DNA from: the human T2T-CHM13v2.0 reference genome, Homo sapiens
Direction: 5' to 3' (one strand)
Assembly (NCBI RefSeq): GCF_009914755.1
Contig: NC_060933.1
DNA: 64,000 nt
Shown here: piece after piece, positions 26,501 to 39,777 of the stretch
Layout of the letters: every line of letters starts with the position of its first letter
Numbering within the stretch: position 1 is the stretch's first letter
Program-made: the position numbers and the translations under genes
Notes under the pieces: generated by a model
What the model saw: the letters and a program-made list of their open reading frames with translations, nothing else
Databases searched by the model: none
Told to the model about the DNA's origin: nothing

Positions 26501-27849
26501 TTCTACCTTTGGGATGACCTCACTGAACTAATACCTGGTGATAATTCCCCAATTTCTAGGCATCTGAGTTACTTTCCATTTTCCTAAATATGATTCTTTT
26601 TAAATGGGTCATGCTGGCTATCATTTTTCTTCATTCACAGGCATCAACAGAAAACACAGAGCCCAAAGGAAAGTCCGCAACCTAAAGGTCCATTAAAAAG
26701 TGATGGATGTCTCCAAATCCAGGTCAGTTTCAAAGGCAGATTTCTCCTGATTCATCTCTCAGTGATGAAAGGGCAGAGCTGGGTGAATTTGATTTAAATC
26801 TAACTGATTTAACTCACCAGTCAGGAAGACTCAATTTGACCAATTTTTCTCCTGCAAAAGATGTATTCTTTTTTCAGAAAGATAACCTTAGAGCCTCCTT
26901 TACAGCTCAGAGGCAAATGTAGTTTTCTTCTTTGTTAAAAAATACTGATTTTATTAGGATTGAAGCATCCTGGAATTTCAAAGCTGGAAAGACTGAGTGG
27001 TCACCCAGTTTCGCCCCTTACGGCCCCAAAGAGTTAGTGAGTGACAGGGAAGGAGGAGAATGCCTTCTCCACCACACCCACTGCCTCCAGCTTAATTTAG
27101 TCCTTCCCAGGGATCCCATGGCTACAAAAGAACACTCAACAATGTCTTCATTTTCCTTTTACCCAAAATTGACTGCAGCGGTGGGATACAAACAGCAGCA
27201 AAATAAGAAGAATGCGTTCCTCCTCAATTCACAAGCCCGGGGACTAAGGTTCAGTCACTTAGAAATAAGACTCTCCATTTGAAAGTGCCGCAACAATACA
27301 AAATATGCCTGTGTTCATGCCTACAGGAAAAACAGGTTGAGAAAAATAGGTATAATGAATGGTAGGATTAATGATTTTCTTCTCCATTTTCCAAAATAGT
27401 GTTGTTTCAAAAATATGTACAAACTTTACAAAAAACAAATGAAGCTCTTGGAAAGGTGGCATCCAGGGACTATTGGGAAGAGAGAGGTGGCCATTTACCT
27501 TGCTTTATTTCCACTCAATGACATGACCATCTATTTTGGATATTTTCTCCAACAATAAGCATGTACAGCTATGTTAATAAAATATCCTGAAGTAATTCAT
27601 GTGTCTGGATTTACACTGACTTCAGTGAGAGCTATAAAGAGGTCTCTCCTTCCATTACTGTTCCCTGACATTCACAAGATATGTTACTCATTTGGAAACT
27701 TATCAGGTGTGGTCTTGTAATATTTCCTCTTTTAACTAGAATTTCTATCTCCATTATTTTTAAAAAATTTTTCATGTGTTTCAGTCCTGTTTCCCCAGGA
27801 ATCAAAATCATCACCTCCTTGTCACTGAATAATGCCCTAGCCTGAGCAG

Positions 27850-28070
27850 CAGTGTGGAATAATTGAGCCAGGCTGCCTGGGATTGAATCCTGGCCCTGGC
27901 ACTTGCTAGCTGGGTGACAGAGGATGAGTTGTTTAACCTCTGCTCAACCTCAGTTTCCCTGTCTTTAAAACAGAAGTTGAAAGAATAGTACTCATCTCAT
28001 AGGGTTAACTCCATTTACATTTTTTAAGTACTTAGAATTGTGCCCGGCACACAATAAGTACAATATAATT
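27850..28070 (+). mobile_element. MIR
   Basis: gagccaggctgcctggg...gaatcctggc...cctcagtttccctgtc...tgcccggcacacaataag. Confidence 0.8.
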
Positions 28071-28766
28071 GACAAATTTCAAAATACCTTTGCCAGCCCC
28101 AAAGCTAATGAGGTCATCAGCAAAACCCCAGATAGTGGGACACTACAGGACAAATGACCCAGTTTCATCAACAAATAAATTCCAACGGAAAAAAAAGAAA
28201 AGGAGGAGGGAAATGAAAGGAAAATCTTTATACTAAAAGATGCTTAAGGGAGATTTGTACACCATGTTCACAGCAACATTATCCACAAAAGCCAAGAGGG
28301 GGAGGCAACCTACGTACACATTGACAGATGAGCAGAGAAATAGATTGTGGTGTATAAATACAATAGCAGATTATTAAGCCTTAAAAAGGAATGAAATTCC
28401 AATGCATGCTACAACATGGATGAGTTTTGAAGATACTGTGTTTAAAAAGCCAGTCAACTATATTATTCCACTTACATGAGGTTCCTAAAGCATTCAAATT
28501 CGTAGGGACAGGAAGTAGAATGGTGGTTTCCAGGAGCCAGGAAGAGAGAGGAATGGGGAGTTGTTTAATGAGTACAGAGTTTCCGTTTGAGATGATGGAA
28601 AAGATTATTGAGTAGTGATGGTGATGGTGGTGATGGTTGGCCACAATGTGAATATACCTAATGCCACTGAACTGTACACTTAAAATGGTTAAAATTGTAA
28701 ATTTTATGTTATGTATATTTTATCAAGATTATACACACACACCCACACACACACATACACACACTG

Positions 28767-29052
<286 letters not shown>

Positions 29053-29079
29053 TTATCAAGATAATAAGTTAAAGAAAAT

Positions 29080-29359
29080 AGAGACAGAATCTCACTCTGT
29101 TGCCAAGGCTAGAGTGCAGTGGCATAATCATAGCTCACTGTAACCTCAAACTCTCGAACTCAAGCAATCCTCCTGTCCCAGCCTCCAGAGTAGCTAGAAT
29201 TACAAACACACACCATCAACCTTGGCTAATTTAAAAAAAAATTAGAGATGGGTCTCGCTATGTTTTCCAGGCTGGTTTCAAACTCCTGGCCTCAAGTGAT
29301 CCTCCCACCTCAGCCTCCCAAAGTGCTGGAATTATAGGTGTGAGCCACCGCTCCTGGTC
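29080..29359 (-). mobile_element. AluJ
   Basis: atcatagctcactgtaacctcaaactc...actcctggcctcaagtgatcctccc. Confidence 0.9.
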
Positions 29360-30029
29360 TATAACAATTTTTTTAAAGATGTTTAAGAGATATGTCAACC
29401 AATCACAATGTGTGGGCCTGATTCAAAAACAAACTCAAACACTTATGACATTTATTAGACAATTGGAAATTTGAACCCTGACTGGATTTTTTTATATTAA
29501 AGAATTAATGTTGATTTTTTAAAAGGTGTGATCATGGTTTATAAGAGTACTTATCTTTCAGACATACAAACAAAATCATATAACATGTGAGATTAGATTC
29601 AAAATAATAAGGGAGAAGAGGAAATGAATTGGGATAGTCATAGAACAAGACTGGCCATGAGTGGACAATTGTTGAAGCTGGGTGATAGGTACATGGGGTA
29701 TTCTGTCTACTATATGTTTGTAAGTTTCCATAATAAAATACGGTCAAACAGTTTATTATCATATGTATCATAGTTACATTATGTGTATTATCTTTGTTCT
29801 CAAGGGCCTGGCACTGTTCCTGAGATGATAACCACTTTTTAGTTTAGTCTGGTTAATTCCATTGAATTCCAGTCTCAAGACCTAGGAATACAGAAGCCAC
29901 GGACCTTCCCTCCCAGCCCCATTCTGCACTCTCAGGTCCAACTTGAACTCCCTTCCTATGGCTCATCCATTTACGGTATTAAAGTAGTCAACAACCTCCC
30001 AGTTGCAGGGTGCTTGTCAGCAGAAGTTA

Positions 30030-30135
30030 ACCTCATTTTACAGATGAGGACCCTGAGTCCCTGAGAGTTTACTGACTTGCTCAAGCCAACAAGCAGCAGA
30101 TTTGAGACTGACACCTGGATCAGTGGTTTTAGGTC
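30030..30135 (-). mobile_element. MIR fragment
   Basis: ctcattttacagatgagg...gacttgctcaagcc. Confidence 0.6.
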
Positions 30136-30477
30136 TGTCCTCTCTCACCTCTCTGAGCAGCTGCTTTTCTCCAGCTCCCAGCCTCCTCATGCTCTAGAAA
30201 AAGCTCTGCCTTCTCCCACACCCGCCTCTTCCCCACTCTCCTTCAAAGTGAGGCTAGAGCCCATTTCTGATAAGTCTTCCTCAAGTAGGCTAAAGCCTTT
30301 CCCCCCAGTGGAGCGTCACTCTCACTGTCATTTTCCAGCTTCGCATTTGGAGGCAATGGGTCTTTTCCAAGGCACTACAGGTGAGAAGAGCTGGCACCAG
30401 GTGGCCTTACCAGGTGGCCACCAGAGGGGCTCTGAGGTCTGAACAACCAGGCTCTGCAGTCAATCCCCATGCCCAGG

Positions 30478-30970
<493 letters not shown>

Positions 30971-31347
30971 TACAGACAACGGGATCCTTTCTCTAAGCAG
31001 TTAGTCTTCTTTACCCATAAAAAGAAACTTTTAAAATAAATGGCTGAAAGAAAATGAGCATTGGTATAAACATAACACATAAATAAATGCACAGTAAATG
31101 TTGGTTGAAAAACAGATTAAGTTAGAGCGAGATTTAAAGAAATGTAACCTCCATGATTCCTAGGTAGAATAAGTTTACCTTAACTGTCTTCCTTTTTCTA
31201 CCTGAGCTCTAAAACAGAAATTTCTAACTTCTCTTTCTGGATATCAATTCAAAATCCAGCAGGATATTATAACCAACCTCTGTCCCTAATGGCTGTTAGC
31301 ACAGCCTCTTCTTTATGTGCCTAAAAGGACTTCCCTGAGGTTTTCAG

Positions 31348-31400
31348 CACACACACACACACACACACACACATATGCACACCCACACACACAAACACAC
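31348..31400. repeat. (CA)n microsatellite, imperfect 3' part
   Basis: Visible CA run. Confidence 0.9.
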
Positions 31401-31479
31401 CTCTTTTTATGTAATCAGAAGGGAGAAGAATCTGCATACAGTGCTGACCTTTAGCTCATGGAGAAACTGAGTCCTCGTA

Positions 31480-31700
31480 TTTAGTGGATGCATGTAGTAT
31501 GCCAGGTACTGCCTGAGCATTTTCATGCTTCATTTCTCTGCTCTCCAACCACACCGTGAGTGGGTATATTTATTCCTATTGCATCCACAAAGAAACTGAG
31601 GTTTGGAGAGATTAAGTGACTTGCTCAATGTCACAAAGCTCACAAGGACTATCCTGGGACTTACATTCTGGTTTTCAGGCTCTAATTCAGTAGTCTTTCT
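31480..31700 (-). mobile_element. MIR
   Basis: tatgccaggtactg...aagaaactgaggtttggagagattaagtgacttgctcaatgtcaca. Confidence 0.75.
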
Positions 31701-32364
31701 GTCTTACAGCCATAACATCGCTCTCACCTGCTCACACAAAATGTGTACAGACACAGAGCTACACACGATGAGGAAAGCAGACCTATGTTGCACTGGTCGG
31801 GTACTTGTGAATACCAACAAGCAATTGTGGGTGTCCACTCTTCCCTGACACCACGGTGCGCTCTATGGAAACAGAGCCAAGAACTGTTTAAGTGCCTCAA
31901 CTTTGGGCCCCTCTGCACCTGGTACACAGCCTTGTCATGGCCCATCTCGGCCCCAGCATGTTGTCTGTTTAAACATCTGTCTTACATGTGAGCTCCTTTA
32001 AGAGCCCATAATGGGGAGAAAGAATAAGCATTATCTTCGTCATCATTCATTCACTTAACAAATATTTGCTGAATGCTTTCTATGTGCCAGATGGTGGGAA
32101 CTCAACAGCATGCTGGCATGGAGCATACATACTAGTGGTGAAATGGATATTAGTCAAATAGTCAAACAAGCGGATGGGTGCTGTGGAAAAGCACCGAGGG
32201 TTAGAGGACATGCAACGACAAGAAGATCTGAAGGGGCGAGGCAGACATCCTTGAAGAAGTGACATCAGAGCTGAATTCAGAAGGCCTAGACAAGGGCAGT
32301 GGGGAGTAGGGAGCAGTCCAAGAGGAGAGAACTACATCATGTGTATGAAGACACAAAAAAAAGC

Positions 32365-33025
32365 AGAGCCCCTTGGTCTTCACCCAAAGGAGTTGAAAAC
32401 TTATGTCTACACAAAAACCCACATACGGATATTTACAGCAACTTTATTTGTAATTGCCAAAACTTGGAAGCCACCAAGATGTCCTTCAGTAGGTGAATGG
32501 ATAAATAAACCATGGTACATCCAGACAGTAGAATATTATTCATTGTTAAAAAGAAATAAGCTATCAAGGCATGAAAAGACCTGGAGGGTCTTTAAATGCA
32601 TGTTGAATGAAAGAAGCCAATCTGAACAAACTACATACTGCTTGATTTCAACTACATGACATTCTGGAAAAGGCAAAACTATGGAGACAATAAAAAGATC
32701 GGTGGTTGGGCAGGGATAAATAGGGGAGCACAGGGGACTTTTAGGGCCGTGAAGCTATTCTATGTAATATGGTAATGGTGAATGCCTGTCATTATGCATT
32801 TGTCCAAACCCACAGAATGTACATCAAGAGTGAACCCTAATGTACACTGTGGACGTTGGGCGATAAGAAAGTATTGAAGTAGGTTCATTGATTGTACCAC
32901 TCTGGTGGGGGATGTCGATAATGGGGGATGCTGTTCATGTGTGTAAGCAAGGGGTGTATGGGAGATCTCTGTATCTTCTTCTCAATTTTTCTGTGAATCT
33001 AAAATTGCTTTAAAAAAAAAGCCTT
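32365..33025 (+). mobile_element. L1MC1 ORF2 end and 3'UTR
   Basis: ORF 32339..32659 (PKELKTYVYTKT..FTATLFVIAKTWKPPRCPSVGEWINK) is degenerate L1 ORF2 C-terminus; L1MC1-type 3'UTR. Confidence 0.85.
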
Positions 33026-33157
33026 TAAAAGAAAAGAAAAGGTACAGAAGCTAGGGCTCAGAGAACAAGGAGACCAAAGGAAGAGATAAGAGTGGTGATG
33101 TGTGTGGGAATCAATCCATGTGGGACCTTAAGAGTGATGTTAAAGATTTTGGTCTTT

Positions 33158-33620
33158 CACATGCACACATGTTTATTGCAGCACTATTCACAATAGCAAG
33201 GACTTGAAACCAACCCAAACGCCCATCAATGATAGACTGGATAAAGAAGATGTGGCATATACACACCATGGAATACTATGCAGCCATAAAAAAGGATGAG
33301 TTCATGTCCTTTGCAGGGACATGGATGAAGCTGGAAACCATCATTCTCAGCAAACTAACACAGGAACAGAAAACCAAACACCGCACGTTCTCACTCATAA
33401 GTGGGAGTTGAACAATGAGAACACATGGACACAGGGAGGGGAACATCACACACTGGGGCCTTTTGGGGATGGGGGGCTACAGGAGGGATAGCATTAGGAG
33501 AAATACCTAATGTAGATCACGGGTTGATGGGTGCAGCAAACCACCATGGCAGGTGTATACCTATGTAACAAACCTGCATGTTCTGCCCATGTATCCCAGA
33601 ACTTAAAGTATAATAATAAC
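33158..33620 (+). mobile_element. 5'-truncated L1PA7-like
   Basis: ORF2 C-terminus (DWIKKMWHIHTMEYYAAIKKDEFMSFAGTWMKLE), L1PA 3'UTR, TSD aaagattttggtcttt / agagattttggacttt (33142-33157, 33621-33636). Confidence 0.92.
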
Positions 33621-34570
33621 AGAGATTTTGGACTTTACCCTAGCTAACGCAAAGCCACTGGGAGTCCTAAGCAAAGGGTTGATATAAGATTTAAGTTATG
33701 AAAATATGGCTGCAGGGTATGGAAGGAACAGAGAGGAGGTCAAAGTGGGTACAGGGAGATAATTAGTAGGCCAGTGTAGTCACCAAAGAGCTGGGTGATC
33801 ATGGCCTACAGCAGATAATGGCAGAGGGCAGGAGAAGTAAATGGATCCAGGAGATATTAAGGGTGGATATGGCGGAGAGGAGGAAGGGGTGTGGAGGAAG
33901 ACCTGTAGGCCTCTGGCTTGCAGAAATGTGTGGATGATGGGGCCATCCCTAAAGAAAATGCAGGACCATGGAGCAGAACTAAATGGAAGGTGCTGCAGTC
34001 ACATCTGACAGGCCTCACATCTGACAGGCTAATCCCAGCCTTGTGTTGCTGTCTTATTATAAAAAGGAAAAAAAAAACAACAGTTGAGCTGATATTTTCA
34101 GTAATAAGTGGGCAAGTACTTCAACATTTAATTTATATGTCACTAGTTTCAAAACTCATTTTAAAACCTTCCTATAATCTTACCAGGTTTACGTACACTG
34201 ACATTATAACACCCAAATTATTTCTGATCTAAAAATAATTACCCCGTATGTTGCTTTGCCTGAAAAAGTGTTGAGAGAAATTATTGGCAAGGAATATTTT
34301 TCCATTGCCAAAGAACAGTGAGCCAGTTACCAGTTATGCCTTAACTCATTTCATCCATTCTTAAGGAAACCTATCAGAGGACAGCCACATTTCCAGAACA
34401 CATTTAGGAGTGAGGGTGTCCCCACAGGAGGGCAGAGCACTGTGACATGATTATGGAAACAAAAAACATGGGGGAAGTCCAGACAAGAAGGGGTCAGCAG
34501 CAGGGAGGTTTATTAACAGGCAGCTGGGTAGGGGTGCTGGCAAGAGCAAAGCTGGCCCTAGATGCTGGAT

Positions 34571-35110
34571 CAGAGGTTGCAAACGGGTGGCTCTTAGGCC
34601 ACATTCAACCTTGAAATATGTTTTATTTGACTCATACAGTGCTACTTTTTAAAAACTGAGCCAACATTTTAAAAATCCAAATTTTCAGCTTCTCTTGAAA
34701 ACTCAGTAGATCTGGTCAAACTGGGCCACGTTTCCCTGTGGTAACAATCAATTGGAACTGAGCAGCCTTTGCCCCTGCAGAGGGGGAGGGCTCTCCCATC
34801 TACAACATTTCCATGATGCCCCATCTTTAGGGCTTTACCCAACTTTAAGTGTCAGCTGACATTTATCATTGCGGTTGCAAAGTGTTGTTTTTCTTATGGT
34901 AAAGAAATATTTCTCTGTATCCATGTCTCTATTAAAAGTGAAAAACAAAACATAAACCAAGAAGACTGTACGTTTTCAAGAAAAATGGAGGGTATATTTC
35001 CTTACAGAATTAAAAACCCTCCCAGCAGGCGTTAACACACAGTGTGCTGTGGTCCATTTCCCTTACGCCTGTTCTCTTCATTCATTTACATTTATCTGGC
35101 CAGCCCCTGT
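34571..35110. mobile_element. hAT-Charlie DNA transposon (MER102/Charlie4-like)
   Basis: cagaggttgcaaac...gcttctcttgaaaa...gatctgg...ctgggcc...ggccagcccctgt. Confidence 0.65.
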
Positions 35111-35278
35111 GGAACCCTGGCCAGGGACTCAGATGTAAGGAAGGGACCCTGTTTTAGCGGAAGGGAATATGAAAAACACGTGGCCACAAAAAAGATCAAC
35201 ATTCAGTTATGAGAACCAGGATCCAGGGTGAGGGCCAACTCAGGTAACTCAATGATAGTGATTCTGATGACAGTGAAA

Positions 35279-35651
35279 TGATATGGTTTGACTGGGTTTC
35301 CACCCAAAATCTCATCTTGAATTATCATCCCCCAAATCTGCATATGGCAAGAGCGGGACCAGGTGGAGGTAACTGGATCATGGGAGCCATTTCCCTCATG
35401 CTGTTGTCATGATGGTGAGTGATTCTCACAAGATCTGATGGGTTTTTAAGTGTCTAGCATTTCCCCTGCTTGTTCTCTCTCTGTCCTGCCCCCTGTGAAG
35501 AAGATACCTGCTTCTCCTTTGTCTTCTGCCATGACTGTAAGTTTCCCGAGGCCTTCCCAGCAATGGGAAACTGTGAGTCAACAAAACTTTCCTTTATAAA
35601 TCACCCAGTCTCAGGTATTTCTTCATAGCAGTGTGAGAATGGACTAATACA
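35279..35651 (+). mobile_element. MaLR LTR (THE1D-like)
   Basis: tgatatggtttg...aatctcatcttgaatt...gatctgatgg...cccagtctcaggtatttcttcatagcagtgtgagaatggactaataca. Confidence 0.88.
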
Positions 35652-35659
35652 GTTACCAA

Positions 35660-36018
35660 GAGCCTTTACTAGGCACTGACTGCTTGCTAAGCAGCATGCT
35701 AAATACTTTACATATATTCCTTTTAACTCATTTTTCAGACAAGAAACGTGAGGTTCAGAGAGGATAAGTCATCCACCCATAGTCAAGTGATTAATAAACA
35801 AGGAAGTTGGGATCCAAACACCAAAACCCAAGGTCTACCACCACGGGCGGTTTCCACTGGAGATGCACACCAGAATCACCAAGGGAGGTATTTAGAAATA
35901 CACAAGCCTGGGCCCCACCTCCAGAAGATTCTGACTGGGGCAGAGTCTGGGCATCCCTATTTATTTATAAAGCTCCCCAGGTGCTCCATGGGTACAGCTT
36001 CAGTGGAGAGCCACTGTG
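35660..36018. mobile_element. MIR fragment followed by MER5A-like element
   Basis: gctaaatactttacat...ttttcagac; cagaatcacc...ggccccacctccaga...aagctccccaggtg...gagagccactg. Confidence 0.6.
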
Positions 36019-36020
36019 TT

Positions 36021-36056
36021 GAATGAATGAATGAATGAATGAATGAATGAATGAAT
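36021..36056. repeat. (GAAT)9 microsatellite
   Basis: Perfect tetranucleotide run. Confidence 0.95.
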
Positions 36057-37022
36057 GTATGCTGGTGTGACCTGGCTAACTCAAGTAACCGACTAGCTTT
36101 TCCCACTAGATGATGTCACCTGGACATGCCCTATAGCAGTCTCCACATGAAGACAAATGCCTGCTCCCATCCACCGCTCTGTCAACCCTCCAGAGGCGGA
36201 ACCAGCACTCTCACACAAAGACCAGTCCTTATTCAATGTGGCATCTTAAAAGCGGGTTCTTCCAAGGAACCACTGCCAGTATCCTTCAGGAGTAGGCTTC
36301 CTCCCTAGGGCAGTGTGTGCAGAGCACTTTGTTCAAGTAATGCAGAAGGAAAAAAGCCCTGGCTTGGGGGCAACATGTGACCTCATGAATGTCCCGTGGT
36401 AATAGTTGTGGCTCACAGGGATCACAAGCCACGTTAGTACTAGTCGTGAGACCCCCAACTCACCCAGAAGACCCTTATCTGGAACGAATGAGAAACAGAA
36501 AGGAAATAGACAAGAGCTCTGGGCAGCATTAAGGGATGTCATGCTCTGAAATTTAAGACTTTCCTTCATAAGAACTTTTCTTCCATGTACTCAAAGCCAA
36601 TTTATTCTCACTCTGGGCAAAATACTCCAAGTCTGACCACATGAAATATTCACTTTATAAAGCTGCAATGGTGGTATTTTCTCAGCCAAGAAAAACTATT
36701 ATACGTCTTGAGGCACTGGGTTGTTTTAGATATCATGGGTCATGAAACAGATCCTGTATATATTCTTGCTTTTTCCACTAGGAAGCTCAGGGCCAAATTT
36801 CTTATTCACTTTTGGCAATCATGCAAGACCTTTTGCATATATTTCTCTGTACTCACTTCATTCCTGTCTTCATTTTACAGTTCTCCCTTTTGCATATTTT
36901 ACAATTTTCCAGCTGAGCTATTTATTTTAAAGCACTGCACTGGAAATGTTTTTACATCTTTTTTGTTTGTTTTACATTGTTAACATTGTTTTATTCACTG
37001 GAGAAAATCAGACGATACAGAT

Positions 37023-37135
37023 CAGGGGTCAGCAAATGTTTTCTGTAAAGGTCCAGATAGTAAATATTTTAGTCTTTGAAGACCATATAGTCACAGTCCC
37101 ATATTATTTCTTCTTCTTTTTTTTTTAAACAACCT

Positions 37136-37173
<38 letters not shown>

Positions 37174-37534
37174 GACTGAGTCTTGCTCTATTGCCCAGGC
37201 TGGAGTGCAGTGGCACGATCTCAGCTCACTGCAATCTCTGCCTCCTGGTTCAAGCAATTCTCCTGCCTCAGCCTCCCAAGTAGCTGGGATTACAGGCACC
37301 CACCACCACGCCCAGCTAACTTTTGTATTTTTAGTAGACATGGGGTTTGACCATGTTGGCCAGGCTGGTCTTGAACTCCTGACCTCAAGTGATCCGCCCA
37401 CCTCGGTCTCCCAAAGTGTTGGGATTACAGGTGTGAGCCACCGCACCCAGCCTAAACAACCGTTTTAAAAACGTATGAACCATTTTTAGCTTGCAGGCTT
37501 AAAAAAAAAAATGATGCTGTAGTTTGCTGTCCTG
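37023..37534. mobile_element. MER58-type (hAT-Charlie) split by Alu
   Basis: caggggtcagcaaa...ttctgtaaagg...cagatagtaaatattttag ... gctgtagtttgctg. Confidence 0.75.
37134..37452 (-). mobile_element. AluS
   Basis: Antisense dimer; TSD taaacaacc. Confidence 0.95.
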
Positions 37535-37539
37535 TGATA

Positions 37540-38170
37540 TGGATTAGAAACTCCATTAAACTGTTACTTGCCAGAAATAACCACTATTAAAATTATGGTA
37601 CATATCCTTTAAGACATTTTATATGCATATTTTAAGTGAAATCTGCATTATATTATACACACTAATTTTTGGCCTTTTTCATCTAACAATAATTCCCTCA
37701 TATTTTTCTATGTCAAAACTGGATACAGAAAACACTGTATAAATATTGCACAGCTATATCAATATTTATTCAATCAATTCTTTCTCCTCGAACATTTAGG
37801 ATGTTTCCACTTTTCACTATAATAGATAATACTTCCACCATTACCTTAGGATAAAGTCCTAGAAATGAATTTTCTAGATCAGAGAAGATACAGGTTTTAA
37901 AGTTGTTTGATAAATATTCTCAGATCACCCTCCAGAAAAGTTATATCAATTTACACAACACTTCCACCAGTATGAAAATACGTATTTCCTTAATCTTCAT
38001 CAATAATGGGAATTACCATTTTTTGCTTGTACCAACCTGAGAGTAAAAGCGTATCCTACTGCATTAATTTTAATTCAATTGATAGCTAGCACACATATTT
38101 GTGACTAAGTTCCACATTTTTAACTGCCTTTATTGGCCAATTGTATATATTCTTTGGTGAGTTTCCTACG
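37540..38170 (-). mobile_element. Old L1ME fragment
   Basis: aacatttaggatgtttccactttt...ccttaggataaagtcctagaaatg...ccctccagaaaagtt...ccaccag. Confidence 0.65.
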
Positions 38171-38177
38171 GAGTCTG

Positions 38178-38957
<780 letters not shown>

Positions 38958-39049
38958 TGGGCCCTTTGCGCCTCGTTCCTTGGAGTGTTCATCTCTTTCT
39001 TATTTTTCCTTTTGTGTATTGAGACGTGTTGACTGTTCCCCCACCCCCC

Positions 39050-39332
39050 CGATATGGAGTCTCACTCTGTTGCCCAGGCTGGAGTGCAATGGCACAATCT
39101 TGGCTCACTGCAACCTCCACTTCCCAGTTTCAAGTGATTCTCCTGCCTCACCCTCCTGAGTAGCTGGGATTACAGGCGCATGCCACCATGCCCAGCTAAT
39201 TTTTGTATTTTTAGTAGAGGCAGGGTTTCACCATGTTGGCCAGGCTGGTCTTAAACTCCTGACCTCAGGTGATCCACCTGCCTCGGCCTCCCAAAGTGCT
39301 GGGATTACAGGCGTGAGCCACCGCGCCTGGCC
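39050..39332 (-). mobile_element. AluSx-like
   Basis: Antisense dimer, tail replaced by C-rich tract on + strand. Confidence 0.95.
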
Positions 39333-39343
39333 TGTGATGACTA

Positions 39344-39777
39344 TGTTAGTGGATGCTGCGGACCACTGCCCAAATTATCCATTTTGGACCACAGCACTCA
39401 TTTTCCCAGCTGCTAGGTGGCTCACAAGTGAGTCTCTCCAGAAATTGCCTTGGCCTGAAGGGAGCTGTTCTGGTCTAGGTTAGGCCCCATCCCTCAGAGC
39501 AGCCGGCATCCAGTGTGGGAATACAAAAGCCTGATCCCTTGCCTTGATTCAGGCAGCTCCAGAGCTCCCTGGAGAATTGGTCGAGGCTCCTATTGCAACC
39601 ACATCGCAGCTCAACTTCTCCCGCTTCAGTTCAACTTCTGCTTCACTTCAACTCTTCCCCCTTCCAGTCCTGCTTCCCACACTCTTACAGGTGTTATTCC
39701 TAACAGCACTTGCCAAAGAAAAGTTCCTACATACAAATCTTAGAATCTCAGTTTCCCAGGGAATCCAACCTAAGGAA
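39344..39777 (+). mobile_element. LTR16-family 5' LTR of ERVL provirus
   Basis: tgttagtggatgctg...cccagctgctagg...cccttgccttgatt...tttcccagggaatccaacctaag; homologous to 44985-45415. Confidence 0.75.

Larger units (their letters stand above)
32040..33960 (-). mobile_element. L2 split by L1MC1 and L1PA7 insertions
   Basis: cattcattcacttaacaaatattt...tatgtgccag; resumes either side of L1PA7 (aagattttgg...agccactggg). Confidence 0.65.
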
